A program made the translations under genes and the position numbers. Below the pieces are notes generated by a model. The model saw nothing but the letters and a program-made list of their open reading frames with translations, searched no databases and was not told the origin of the DNA. From assembly GCA_964016885.1 (NCBI GenBank), contig OZ024745.1, positions 682,001 through 746,000 on the forward strand: 64,000 nucleotides of DNA, written 5' to 3'. Positions 43,201 through 55,231 of this stretch are shown here, piece after piece. Source of the DNA: Eledone cirrhosa (Eukaryota). Position 1 is the stretch's first letter. Every line of letters starts with the position of its first letter.

Positions 43201-46200
43201 GTCAGTGGTATAGTGGATGTCTGTGGTATAGTGGATGTCAGTGGTATAGTGGAGGTCTGTGGTATAGTGGATGTCTGTGGTATAGTGGATGTCAGTGGTA
43301 TAGTGGATGTCTGGTATAGTGGATGTCAGTGGTATAGTGGAGGTCTGTGGTATAGTGGATGTCTGTGGTATAGTGGATGTCAGTGGTATAGTGGATGTCT
43401 GGTATAGTGGATGTCAGTGGTATAGTGGAGGTCTGTGGTATAGTGGATGTCTGTGGTATAGTGGATGTCAGTGGTATAGTGGATGTCAGTGGTATAGTGG
43501 ATGTCTGTGGTATAGTGGATGTCTGTGGTATAGTGGATGTCTGTGGCATAGTGGATGTCAGTGGTATAGTGGATGTCTGTGGTATAGTGGATGTCTGTGG
43601 TATAGTGGATGTCAGTGGTATAGTGGATGTCAGTGGTATAGTGGATGTCAGTGGTATAGTGGATGTCAGTGGTATAGTGGATGTCTGTGGTATAGTGGAT
43701 ATCAGTGGTATGGTGGATGTAAGTGGTATACTGGATGTCTGTGGTATAGTGGATGTCAGTGGTATAGTGGATGTCAGTGGTATAGTGGATGTCTGTGGTA
43801 TAGTGGATATCAGTGGTATGGTGGATGTAAGTGGTATACTGGATGTCTGTGGTATAGTGGATGTCAGTGGTATAGTGGATGTCAGTGGTATAGTGGATGT
43901 CTGGTATAGTGGATGTCAGTGGTATAGTGGATGTCTGTCGTATAGTGGATGTCAGTGGTATGGTGGATGTCTGTGGTATAGTGGATGTCTGTGGTATAGT
44001 GGATGTCAGTGGTATAGTGGATGTCAGTGGTATAGTGGATGTCTGGTATAGTGGATGTCAGTGGTATAGTGGATGTCTGTGGTATAGTGGATGTCAGTGG
44101 TATAGTGGATGTCAGTGGTATAGTGGATGTCTGTGGTATAGTGGATGTCTGTGGTATAGTGGATATCAGTGGTATAGTGGATGTCAGTGGTATAGTGGAT
44201 GTTTGTGGTATAGTGGATGTCAGTGTTATAGTGGATGTCAGTGGTATAGTAGATGTCAGTGGTATGGTGGATGTAAGTGGTATACTGGATGTCAGTGGTA
44301 TAGTGGATGTCTGTGGTATAGTGGATGTCTGTGGTATAGTGGATGTCAGTGGTATAGTGGATGTCTGTGGTATAGTGGATGTCTGTGGTATAGTGGATGT
44401 CTGTGGTATAGTGGATGTCTGTGGTATAGTGGATGTCTGTGGTATAGTGGAGGTCTGTGGTATAGTGGATGTCAGTGGTATAGTGGATGTCAGTGGTATA
44501 GTGGATGTCTGTGGTATAGTGGATGTCAGTGGTATAGTGGATGTCAGTGGTATAGTGGATATTTGTGGTATAGTGGATGTCAGTGGTATAGTGGATGTCA
44601 GTGGTATAGTGGATGTCAGTGGTATAGTGGATGTCTGGTATAGTGGATGTCAGTGGTATAGTGGATGTCTGTGGTATAGTGGATGTCTGTGGTATAGTGG
44701 ATGTCAGTGGTATAGTGGATGTCAGTGGTATAGTGGATGTCAGTGGTATAGTGGATGTCAGTGGTATAGTGGATGTCAGTGGTATAGTGGATGTCAGTGG
44801 TATAGTGGATGTGTATGGTATAGTGGATGTCTGTCGTATAGTGGATGTCTGTGGTATAGTGGATGTCTGTGGTATAGTGGATGTCAGTGGTATAGTGGAT
44901 GTCTGTGGTATAGTGGATGTCTGTGGTATAGTGGATGTCTGTGGTATAGTGGATGTCTGTGGTATAGTGGATGTCTGTGGTATAGTGGAGGTCTGTGGTA
45001 TAGTGGATGTCAGTGGTATAGTGGATGTCTGTGGTATAGTGGATGTCTGTGGTATAGTGGATGTCTGTGGTATAGTGGATGTCTGTGGTATAGTGGAGGT
45101 CTGTGGTATAGTGGATGTCAGTGGTATAGTGAATGTCTGTGGTATAGTGGAGGTCTGTGGTATAGTGGATGTCAGTGGTATAGTGGATGTCAGTGGTATA
45201 GTGGAGGTCTGTGGTATAGTGGATGTCAGTGGTATAGTGGATGTCTGTGGTATAGTGGATGTATGTGGTATAGTGGATGTCAGTGGTATAGTGGATGTCT
45301 GTGGTATAGTGGATGTCAGTGGTATAGTGGATGTCTGTGGTATAGTGGATGTCTGTGGTATAGTGGATGTCAGTGGTATAGTGGATGTCAGTGGTATAGT
45401 GGATGTCAGTGGTATAGTGGATGTCAGTGGTATAGTGGATGTCAGTGGTATAGTGGATGTCAGTGGTATAGTGGATGTATGTGGTATAGTGGATGTCAGT
45501 GGTATAGTGGATGTATGTGGTATAGTGGATGTCTGTGGTATAGTGGATGTCAGTGGTATAGTGGATGTCAGTGGTATAGTGGATGTCAGTGGTATAGTGG
45601 ATGTCTGGTATAGTGGATGTCAGTGGTATAGTGGATGTCTGTGGTATAGTGGATGTCAGTGGTATAGTGGATGTCAGTGGTATAGTGGATGTCAGTGGTA
45701 TAGTGGATGTCTGTGGTATAGTGGATGTCTGTGGTATAGTGGATGTCAGTGGTATAGTGGATGTCAGTGGTATAGTGGATGTATGTGGTATAGTGGATGT
45801 ATGTGGTATAGTGGATGTCAGTGGTATAGTGGATGTCAGTGGTATAGTGGATGTCAGTGGTATAGTGGATGTCAGTGGTATAGTGGATGTCAGTGGTATA
45901 GTGGATGTCTGTGGTATAGTGGATGTCAGTGGTATAGTGGATGTCAGTGGTATAGTGGATGTCAGTGGTATAGTGGATGTCAGTGGTATAGTGGATGTCA
46001 GTGGTATAATGGATGTATGTGGTATAGTGGATGTCAGTGGTATAGTGGATGTGTATGGTATAGTGGATGTCTGTGGTATAGTGGATGTATGTGGTATAGT
46101 GGATGTCAGTGGTATAGTGGATGTCTGTGGTATAGTGGATGTCAGTGGTATAGTGGATGTCAGTGGTATAGTGGATGTCAGTGGTATAGTGGATGTCAGT

Positions 46201-48369
46201 GGTATAGTTGATGCCTGTCGTATAGTGGATGTCAGTGGTATAGTGGATGTCAGTGGTATAGTGGATGTCAGTGGTATAGTGGATGTCAGTGGTATAGTTG
46301 ATGTCTGTCGTATAGTGGATGTCAGTGGTATAGTGGATGTCAGTGGTATAGTGGATGTCAGTGGTATAGTGGATGTCTGTGGTATAGTGGATGTCAGTGG
46401 TATAGTGGATGTCTGTGGTATAGTGGATGTATGTGGTATAGTGGATGTCTGTGGTATAGTGGATGTCAGTGGTATAGTGGATGTCTGTGGTATAGTGGAT
46501 GTCTGTGGTATAGTGGATGTCTGTGGTATAGTGGATGTCAGTGGTATAGTGGATGTCTGGTATAGTGGATGTCAGTGGTATAGTGGATGTCTGTGGTATA
46601 GTGGATGTCAGTGGTATAATGGATGTATGTGGTATAGTGGATGTCAGTGGTATAGTGGATGTGTATGGTATAGTGGATGTCTGTGGTATAGTGGATGTAT
46701 GTGGTATAGTGGATGTCAGTGGTATAGTGGATGTCTGTGGTATAGTGGATGTCAGTGGTATAGTGGATGTCAGTGGTATAGTGGATGTCAGTGGTATAGT
46801 GGATGTCAGTGGTATAGTTGATGTCTGTCGTATAGTGGATGTCTGTGGTATAGTTGATGTCTGTCGTATAGTGGATGTCAGTGGTATAGTGGATGTCAGT
46901 GGTATAGTGGATGTCAGTGGTATAGTGGATGTCTGTGGTATAGTGGATGTCAGTGGTATAGTGGAGGTCTGTGGTATAGTGGATGTCAGTGGTATAGTGG
47001 ATGTCAGTGGTATAGTGGATGTCAGTGGTATAGTGGATGTCTGTGGTATAGTGGATGTCAGTGGTATAGTGGATGTCAGTGGTATAGTGGATGTCAGTGG
47101 TATAGTGGATGTCAGTGGTATAGTGGATGTCAGTGGTATAGTGGATGTCTGTGGTATAGTGGATGTCAGTGGTATAGTGGATGTCAGTGGTATAGTGGAT
47201 GTCAGTGGTATAGTGGATGTCTGTGGTATAGTGGATGTCAGTGGTATAGTGGAGGTCTGTGGTATAGTGGATGTCAGTGGTATAGTGGATGTCAGTGGTA
47301 TAGTGGATGTCTGTGGTATAGTGGATGTCAGTGGTATAGTGGATGTCAGTGGTATAGTGGATGTCAGTGGTATAGTGGATGTCTGTGGTATAGTGGGTGT
47401 CAGTGGTATAGTGGATGTCAGTGGTATAGTGGATGTCAGTGGTATAGTGGATGTCAGTGGTATAGTGGATGTCAGTGGTATAGTGGATGTCTGTGGTATA
47501 GTGGATGTCAGTGGTATAGTGGATGTCTATGGTATAGTGGATGTCAGTGGTATAGTGGATGTCAGTGGTATAGTGGATGTCAGTGGTATAGTCGATGTCA
47601 GTGGTATAGTGGATGTCAGTTGTATAGTGGATGTCAGTGGTATAGTGGATGTCAGTTGTATAGTGGATGTCAGTGGTATAGTGGATGTCAGTGGTATAGT
47701 GGATGTCTGTGGTATAGTGGATGTCAGTGGTATAGTGGATGTCAGTGGTATAGTGAATGTCAGTGGTATAGTGAATGTCAGTGGTATAGTGGATGTCTGT
47801 GGTATAGTGGATGTCAGTGGTATAGTGGATGTCAGTGGTATAGTGGATGTCTGTGGTATAGTGGATGTCAGTGGTATAGTGGATGTCAGTGGTATAGTGG
47901 ATGTCAGTGGTATAGTGGATGTCAGTGGTATAGTGGATGTCAGTTGTATAGTGGATGTCAGTGGTATAGTGGATGTCAGTGGTATAGTGAATGTCAGTGG
48001 TATAGTGAATGTCAGTGGTATAGTGGATGTCAGTGGTATAGTGGATGTCTGTGGTATAGTGGATGTCAGTGGTATAGTGAATGTCAGTGGTATAGTGGAT
48101 GTCAGTGGTATAGTGGATGTCTGTGGTATAGTGGATGTCAGTGGTATAGTGGATGTCAGTGGTATAGTGGATGTCTGTGGTATAGTGGATGTCAGTGGTA
48201 TAGTGGATGTCAGTGGTATAGTGGATGTCAGTGGTATAGTGGATGTCAGTGGTATAGTGGATGTCAGTTGTATAGTGGATGTCAGTGGTATAGTGGATGT
48301 CAGTGGTATAGTGGATGTCAGTGGTATAGTGGATGTCAGTGGTATAGTGGGTGTCAGTGGTATAGTGGA
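13287..48369. repeat. 18-bp tandem satellite (~1950 copies, 35 kb), consensus GTGGTATAGTGGATGTC(A/T), with ATG/TTG variants and 16-bp deletion units
   Basis: Uninterrupted 18-bp period from GGATGTCAGTGG at 13287 to TATAGTGGA at 48369. The 16-bp units (GGATGTCTGGTATAGT) cause the frame switches between GIVDVS and WYSGCQ peptides in the ORF track. Confidence 0.99.
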
Positions 48370-48476
48370 AATGGCTAACATTTGGAGCAGAGCCATTGTC
48401 TTATTTCATAGAGGAGGGTTTATTTTATCAAACATATATGACATACATACACAGAGGGAAAAATACCTGTACACCT

Positions 48477-48560
48477 TGTAATGTGGTAGTGCTGGTGCCA
48501 CAACAAAAAACACCCTGTAATGTGGTAGTGCCGGTACCATGAAGCACCCAGTCTACATTG
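48477..48560 (+). repeat. Two degenerate units of the SINE-related TGTAA(A/T)GTGGTAGTGCTGGTG...CACCCAG repeat
   Basis: TGTAATGTGGTAGTGCTGGTGCCAC...CACCC and TGTAATGTGGTAGTGCCGGTACCATGAAGCACCCAG match the reverse complement of the tandem unit at 59356-59737. Confidence 0.7.
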
Positions 48561-51500
48561 TGTAGTATAAACTACATACAACAGGGCTGTGGTATATACC
48601 ACATACAACAGGGCTGTGGTATATACCACATACAACAGGGCTGTGGTATATACCACATACAACAGGACTGTGGTATATACAACATACAACAGGGCTGTGG
48701 TATATACCACATGCAGCGGGGCTGTGGTATATACCACATACAACAGGACTGTGGTATATACCACATACAACAGGACTGTGGTATATACCACATACAACAT
48801 ACAACATGGCTGTGGTATATACCACATACAACAGGGCTGTGGTATATACCACATACAACATACAACAGGGCTGTGGTATATACCACATACAACAGGGCTG
48901 TGGTATATACCACATACAACAGGGCTGTGGTATATACCACATACAGCAGGGCTGTGGTATATACCACATACAACAGGACTGTGGTATATACCACATACAA
49001 CAGGACTGTGGTATATACCACATACAACATACAACAGGGCTGTGGTATATACCACATACAACATACAACAGGGCTGTGGTATATACCACATACAACAGGG
49101 CTGTGGTATATACCACATACAGCAGGACTGTGGTATATACCACATACAACATACAACAGGGCTGTGGTATATACCACATACAACAGGACTGTGGTATATA
49201 CCACATACAACATACAACAGGACTGTGGTATATACCACATACAGCAGGACTGTGGTATATACCACATACAACAGGACTGTGCTATATACCACATACAGCA
49301 GGGCTGTGGTATATACCACATACAACAGGACTGTGGTATATACCACATACAACATACAACAGGACTGTGGTATATACCACATACAACAGGGCTGTGGTAT
49401 ATACCACATACAACAGGACTGTGGTATATACCACATACAGCAGGACTGTGGTATATACCACATACAGCAGGACTGTGGTATATACCACATACAACAGGAC
49501 TGTGGTATATACCACATACAACAGGACTGTGGTATATACCACATACAGCAGGACTGTGGTATATACCACATACAGCAGGGCTGTGGTATATACCACATAC
49601 AACAGGGCCGTGGTATATACCACATACAACAGGGCTGTGGTATATACCACATACAACAGGACTGTGGTATATACCACATACAGCAGACTGTGGTATATAC
49701 CACATACAGCAGGACTGTGGTATATACCACATACAACAGGACTGTGGTATATACCACATACAGCAGGGCTGTGGTATATACCACGTACAGCAGGGTTGTG
49801 GTATATACCACGTACAACAGGGCTGTGGTATATACCACATACAACAGGGCTGTGGTATATACCACATACAACAGGGCTGTGGTATATACCACATACAGCA
49901 GGGCTGTGGTATATACCACATACAGCAGGGCTGTGGTATATACCACATACAACAGGGCTGTGGTATATACCACATACAACAGGACTGTGGTATATACCAC
50001 ATACAGCAGGACTGTGGTATATACCACATACAACAGGACTGTGGTATATACCACATACAACAGGGCTGTGGTATATACCACATACAACAGGTCTGTGGTA
50101 TATACCACATACAACAGGGCTGTGGTATATACCACATACAACAGGGCTGTGGTATATACAACATACAACAGGACTGTGGTATATACCACATACAACAGGG
50201 CTGTGGTATATACCACATACAACAGGACTGTGGTATATACCACATACAGCAGGACTGTGGTATATACCACATACAACAGGACTGTGGTATATACCACATA
50301 CAACAGGGCTGTGGTATATACCACATACAACAGAACTGTGGTATATACCACATACAGCAGGACTGTGGTATATACCACATACAACAGGACTGTGGTATAT
50401 ACCACATACAACAGGACTGTGGTATATACCACATACAGCAGGGCTGTGGTATATACCACGTACAGCAGGGCTGTGGTATATACCACATACATCAGGGCTG
50501 TGGTATATACCACATACAACAGGGCTGTGGTATATACCACATACAGCAGGGCTGTGGTATATACCACATACAGCAGGGCTGTGGTATATACCACATACAA
50601 AAGGGCTGTGGTATATACCACATACAACAGGGCTGTGGTATATACCACATACAACAGGGCTGTGGTATATACCACATACAACAGGACTGTGGTATATACC
50701 ACGTACAGCAGGGCTGTGGTATATACCACATACAACAGGACTGTGGTATATACCACGTACAGCAGGGCTGTGGTATATACCACATACAACAGGACTGTGG
50801 TATATACCACGTACAGCAGGGCTGTGGTATATACCACATACAGCAGGGCTGTGGTATATACCACATACAGCAGGGCTGTGGTATATACCACATACAACAG
50901 GGCTGTGGTATATACCACATACAACAGGGCTGTGGTATATACCACATACAACAGGGCTGTGGTATATACCACATACAACATGGCTGTGGTATATACCACA
51001 TACAACAGGACTGTGGTATATACCACATACAACAGGGCTGTGGTATATACCACATACAACAGGGCTGTGGTATATACCACATACAACAGGGCTGTGGTAT
51101 ATACCACATACAGCAGGGCTGTGGTATATACCACATACAACATACAACAGGGCTGTGGTATATACCACATACAACAGGGATGTGGTATATACCACATACA
51201 ACAGGACTGTGGTATATACCACATACAACAGGGCTGTGGTATATACCACATACAGCAGGGCTGTGGTATATACCACATACAGCAGGGCTGTGGTATATAC
51301 CACATACAGCAGGATTGTGGTATATACCACATACAACAGGGCTGTGGTATATACCACATACAACTGGACTGTGGTATATACCACAGCCCTGCTGTATGTG
51401 GTATATACCACATACAGCAGGGCTGTGGTATATACCACATACAACAGGACTGTGATATATACCACATACAACAGGACTGTGGTATATACCACATACAACA

Positions 51501-52823
51501 GGGCTGTGGTATATACCACATACAACAGGACTGTGGTATATACCACATACAACAGGACTGTGCTATATACCACATACAGCAGGGCTGTGGTATATACCAC
51601 ATACAACAGGGTTGTGGTATATACCACATACAGCAGGACTGTGGTATATACCACATACAACAGGACTGTGCTATATACCACATACAGCAGGGCTGTGGTA
51701 TATACCACATACAACTGGACTGTGGTATATACCACATACAACAGGGCTGTGGTATATACCACATACAACAGGGCTGTGGTATATACCACATACAGCAGGA
51801 CTGTGCTATATACCACATACAACTGGACTGTGGTATATACCACATACAACTGGACTGTGGTATATACCACATACAACAGGGCTGTGGTATATACCACATA
51901 CAACTGGACTGTGGTATATACCACATACAACAGGGCTGTGGTATATACCACATACAACAGGACTGTGGTATATACCACATACAACAGGGCTGTGGTATAT
52001 ACCACATACAACAGGGCTGTGGTATATACCACATACAACAGGACTGCGGTATATACCACATACAGCAGGACTGTGGTATATACCACATACAACAGGGCTG
52101 TGGTATATACCACATACAACAGGACTGTGGTATATACCACATCCAGCAGGACTGTGGTATATACCACATCCAGCAGGACTGTGGTATATACCACATACAA
52201 CAGGACTGTGGTATATACCACATACAACAGGACTGTTGTATATACCACATACAACAGGACTGTGGTATATACCACATACAACAGGACTGTGGTATATACC
52301 ACATACAACAGGGCTGTGGTATATACCACATACAACAGGACTGTGGTATATACCACATACAGCAGGACTGTGGTATATACCACATACAACAGGACTGTGG
52401 TATATACCACATACAACAGGACCGTGGTATATACCACACACAACAGGGCTGTGGTATATACCACATACAGCAGGACTGTGGTATATACCACATACAACGG
52501 GACTGTGGTATATACCACATACAACAGGGCTGTGGTATATACCACATACAACAGGGCTGTGGTATATACCACATACAACAGGACTGTGGTATATACCACA
52601 TACAACAGGACTGTGGTATATACCACACACAACAGGACTGTGGTATATACCACATACAACAGGGCTGTGGTATATACCATATACAACAGGCCTGTGGTAT
52701 ATACCACATACAACAGGGCTGTGGTATATACCACATACAACAGGACTGTGGTATATACCACATACAACAGGGCTGTGGTATATACCACATACAGCAGGAC
52801 TGTGGTATATACCACATACAACA
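48561..52823. repeat. 27-bp tandem satellite (~155 copies) with a perfect 16-bp palindromic core TGTGGTATATACCACA and an 11-bp linker TACA(A/G)CAGG(G/A)C
   Basis: Direct reading shows a 27-bp period, and the core equals its own reverse complement. 34-bp variants (CATACAA duplicated) occur at ~48790-49360 and ~51135. Confidence 0.99.
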
Positions 52824-53089
52824 AAACTCTGTCCCACACAAGATATGATTTAATTCTCATCTGATACTCAAAGAAATGTGATAAATGACTGACCTTGTCA
52901 TATGGAAGTAAGAAAATAGTTTTGCAGATTTTTTAGTCTTCAATAATTTTCCTGTAACTACAGAAGCACAATCAGATGCTTTTCTCTGTCGGCCACATGG
53001 GTAATTCTAGTTTATGTAACAATAGTCGTTTAAAATCTCAACAGTCAAGTTGCTACTACAACAGCACTCTATAAACTGTACATATTTAT

Positions 53090-53390
53090 GGAATTGTGAG
53101 GTTGTGAGTTTGATTCCTAGGCCAGGTAGAGTGTTGTGTCCTTCAGCAAGACACTTAACTTCATGTTTCTCCAGTTCACTCAGCTGGAGAAAAGGGAGTT
53201 GCGATGTCACTGGTACTATGCTGTATCGGCTTATGCCTTTCTTTTGAAAAACACTGGTACCGTGGAGAAGGGAAACTGGGATGTATGGGTGACTGCAGCT
53301 CTTTCACAAACACACTTTGCCTAAGCTTCTGGCTCAGAGGACAACTTTCACAGTACAAACCCATAGCCATTCGTGCCCATAGGGAGCCTA
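53090..53390 (+). mobile_element. Decayed tRNA-derived SINE (B-box remnant followed by a CORE-like segment)
   Basis: GAGTTTGATTCC resembles a pol III B box. It is followed by GTGTCCTTCAGCAAGACACTTAAC, similar to the CORE-SINE motif GTGACCTTGGGCAAGTCACTTAAC. Boundaries are approximate. Confidence 0.6.
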
Positions 53391-53808
53391 CAATCTATAC
53401 ATCTAAACTCAAAATTATGCTTCTGTATAATAAAAGACACCATTATAGGGAAAAACAAATTTTTTCACACCTGTACAACACACCTGAATACCTGCTGCAA
53501 AGACTCGTGCATAACATAATATCCACCTCACCAGCTGCTGTTATACAAACATTCAAATGTTAAATATGTAGATATGTCTTTTCACTTTTATCTTGAAAAA
53601 TGCAGTGAATTGTTGATTGGCATGTTTATACCATATTTCAACTGATTTGTCTAACATGGCTGTTGGCCGCAATATTATATATATCAGAATAGAGGCTGTA
53701 AAATCCAGTTAGACCATCACACACCAGAAATACTCGATACTTGGGCTAGTAGAGAGGGTAATATAAAAAATTTGGGACCCTGACGGCTGAGCTCCAGTCA
53801 AATTTTTC

Positions 53809-53814
53809 ATATAT

Positions 53815-53848
<34 letters not shown>

Positions 53849-53861
53849 CATCATCATCATC
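53809..53861. repeat. (AT)n microsatellite running into an (ATC)n retroposon tail
   Basis: Direct reading. Confidence 0.9.
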
Positions 53862-54024
53862 GTTTGATGTCTGTCTTCCACGCTAGCATGAGTTTAGACG
53901 GGAATTGTCTCACTTGAGGCAAGATTGGTCGGGTGACCATGTCTCACTCGTATAGGACTGTCTGGCAGGTTTTCTACGGCTGGATACCCTTCCTAACACC
54001 AACCATATTTACAGTGTTGACTGG
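53847..54024 (-). mobile_element. SINE-type repeat with an RTE-like 3' tail ending in (GAT)n
   Basis: The reverse complement reads CACTGTAAATATGGTTGGTGTTAGGAAGGGTATCCAGCCGTAGAAA...CATGCTAGCGTGGAAGACAGACATCAAACGATGATGATGATGAT. It is homologous to the copies at 57498, 57870, 58995 and 61050. Confidence 0.75.
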
Positions 54025-54127
54025 CAGGTTTTTACCGTGTTACCTACACAACCTCATTTATTTTGGACTGGATGTTGTGGTACCAACATAACTTTACAGA
54101 GAAAGGGTGGGTAAAGGGGCGGGTCTT

Positions 54128-54500
54128 CTGTATTACTGCTTTGCTGTTCACGTATATTACTATTACACATCCAACGGAGTATGCAAGCTTCATTCCACTC
54201 TGCGTATATCCTCTGCACACAATGCCCAGGTCTCACTGCCATGCAACATTGCTGTTCATATGCAGGCATCATTCAATCTGCCTTTCATTTTTAGAGAGAA
54301 ACCTTTAGTGGCCAATAGTGGTATAAGCTCTCTGAACTTTTTCCATCCCGTTCTGACTCTGGCTACTGTACTTTCAGAGCACCCTCCCCCACTGCTGATT
54401 TTGTCACCCAGGTAACGGAAGATGTCCACTATTTCTATAGAACCCTCTGGGCAATGGAATGAGCTCATATTCTGTGGGCACTTGCTGCTATTTATTGCGC
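54128..54500 (-). pseudogene. Fragment of an RTE-clade non-LTR retrotransposon ORF (end of reverse transcriptase/thumb region), disrupted
   Basis: Translation IEIVDIFRYLGDKISSGGGCSESTVARVRTGWKKFRELIPLLATKGFSLKMKGRLNDACI*TAMLHGSETWALCAEDIRRVE/NEACILRWMC carries the typical RTE motifs FxYLG, WxxF, K+xLY, (Y/H)GSETW and LRWM. It has one stop and one frameshift. Confidence 0.9.
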
Positions 54501-54568
54501 CTGAGCACTAAGTATCAAGTACTCTGGTGTGTTATGGTCCACCTGGTTTCTTACCACACTTTCTTTGT

Positions 54569-54601
<33 letters not shown>
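54569..54601. repeat. (AT)n microsatellite
   Basis: Direct reading. Confidence 0.9.
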
Positions 54602-55231
54602 GGGCCTTCCAATTTCATTTTACATTACATACATGTCTGTGTGTATTCTAATTATTTAAAAATTATTTTTAAGTGAACATGACCCAATGGGTCACTGGTG
54701 GTCTAGTATATATATTGCCAAAAGTTGCAACTGGAACATCGTATCAGCAATAGAAAGACTAATGGAAACATTCTTTCTTTGGTCTAATTTGACAAGTTTC
54801 ACTTCACTTGGTAAGTGAGGTCTGGGATCTTGTTGTTCCATTCCTTTTTATAACTGTCTCACTTCACTTAAGCTAATTGTGTCCTTGGAAAACGTTTTTT
54901 GCGCCTGTTCAAGTAGCTGGCTGCTGGTTTCTAGATACCTCCAATAACTGAAGTAGAAGCAACTGGGTCTATGTAGTACACTGCTACATCAAATAAAGTC
55001 AATATTGAGTAAACATATGTGCATGTCCATATTTGTAGAGAGGTAGATATCTGTGCAACTACTACAGCATAATATCAATTTATTGATGTTAGCTGTATTG
55101 TAATGGATGAGAAAGGATGAGATTTATTACCATATGCTACATAGCTTCCATAGCTTCCTAGAGATAACATATCTGATACCTTGCTTAAACATGTTCCCAC
55201 ATTCCACAGAGTGCATCAGGTACATTTTAGC

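Noticed and set aside
13287-48369. Telomeric repeat or strong G-quadruplex array
   Set aside because: G/T-rich strand bias is present, but there are only GG doublets and no TTAGGG-like unit, and the array is internal with unique flanks on both sides.
13254-48465. AGAGGGAAAA shared by both inter-array spacers as a possible target-site duplication
   Set aside because: Only 10 bp, purine-rich, and not located at the array boundaries; compatible with chance.
13224-48481. Dozens of long ORFs (GIVDVS/GIVDVC, WYSGCQ, mucin-like TSTIPL repeats)
   Set aside because: The 18-bp unit is a multiple of 3 and stop-free in several frames. The ORFs switch frame at 16-bp units, lack unique domains and show no codon-position bias in variants. 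They are satellite artefacts.
48561-52823. CRISPR-like array (palindromic repeat with regular spacing)
   Set aside because: The linkers are 11 bp and nearly identical rather than unique spacers; there are no cas genes; the context is eukaryotic.
48420-52864. ORFs of up to 1473 aa on both strands (Cys-rich CCMWYIPQ, CGIYHIQQ)
   Set aside because: The 27-bp consensus has no stop codon on either strand, so all frames are open trivially. Frame-shifting 34- and 26-bp units are tolerated.
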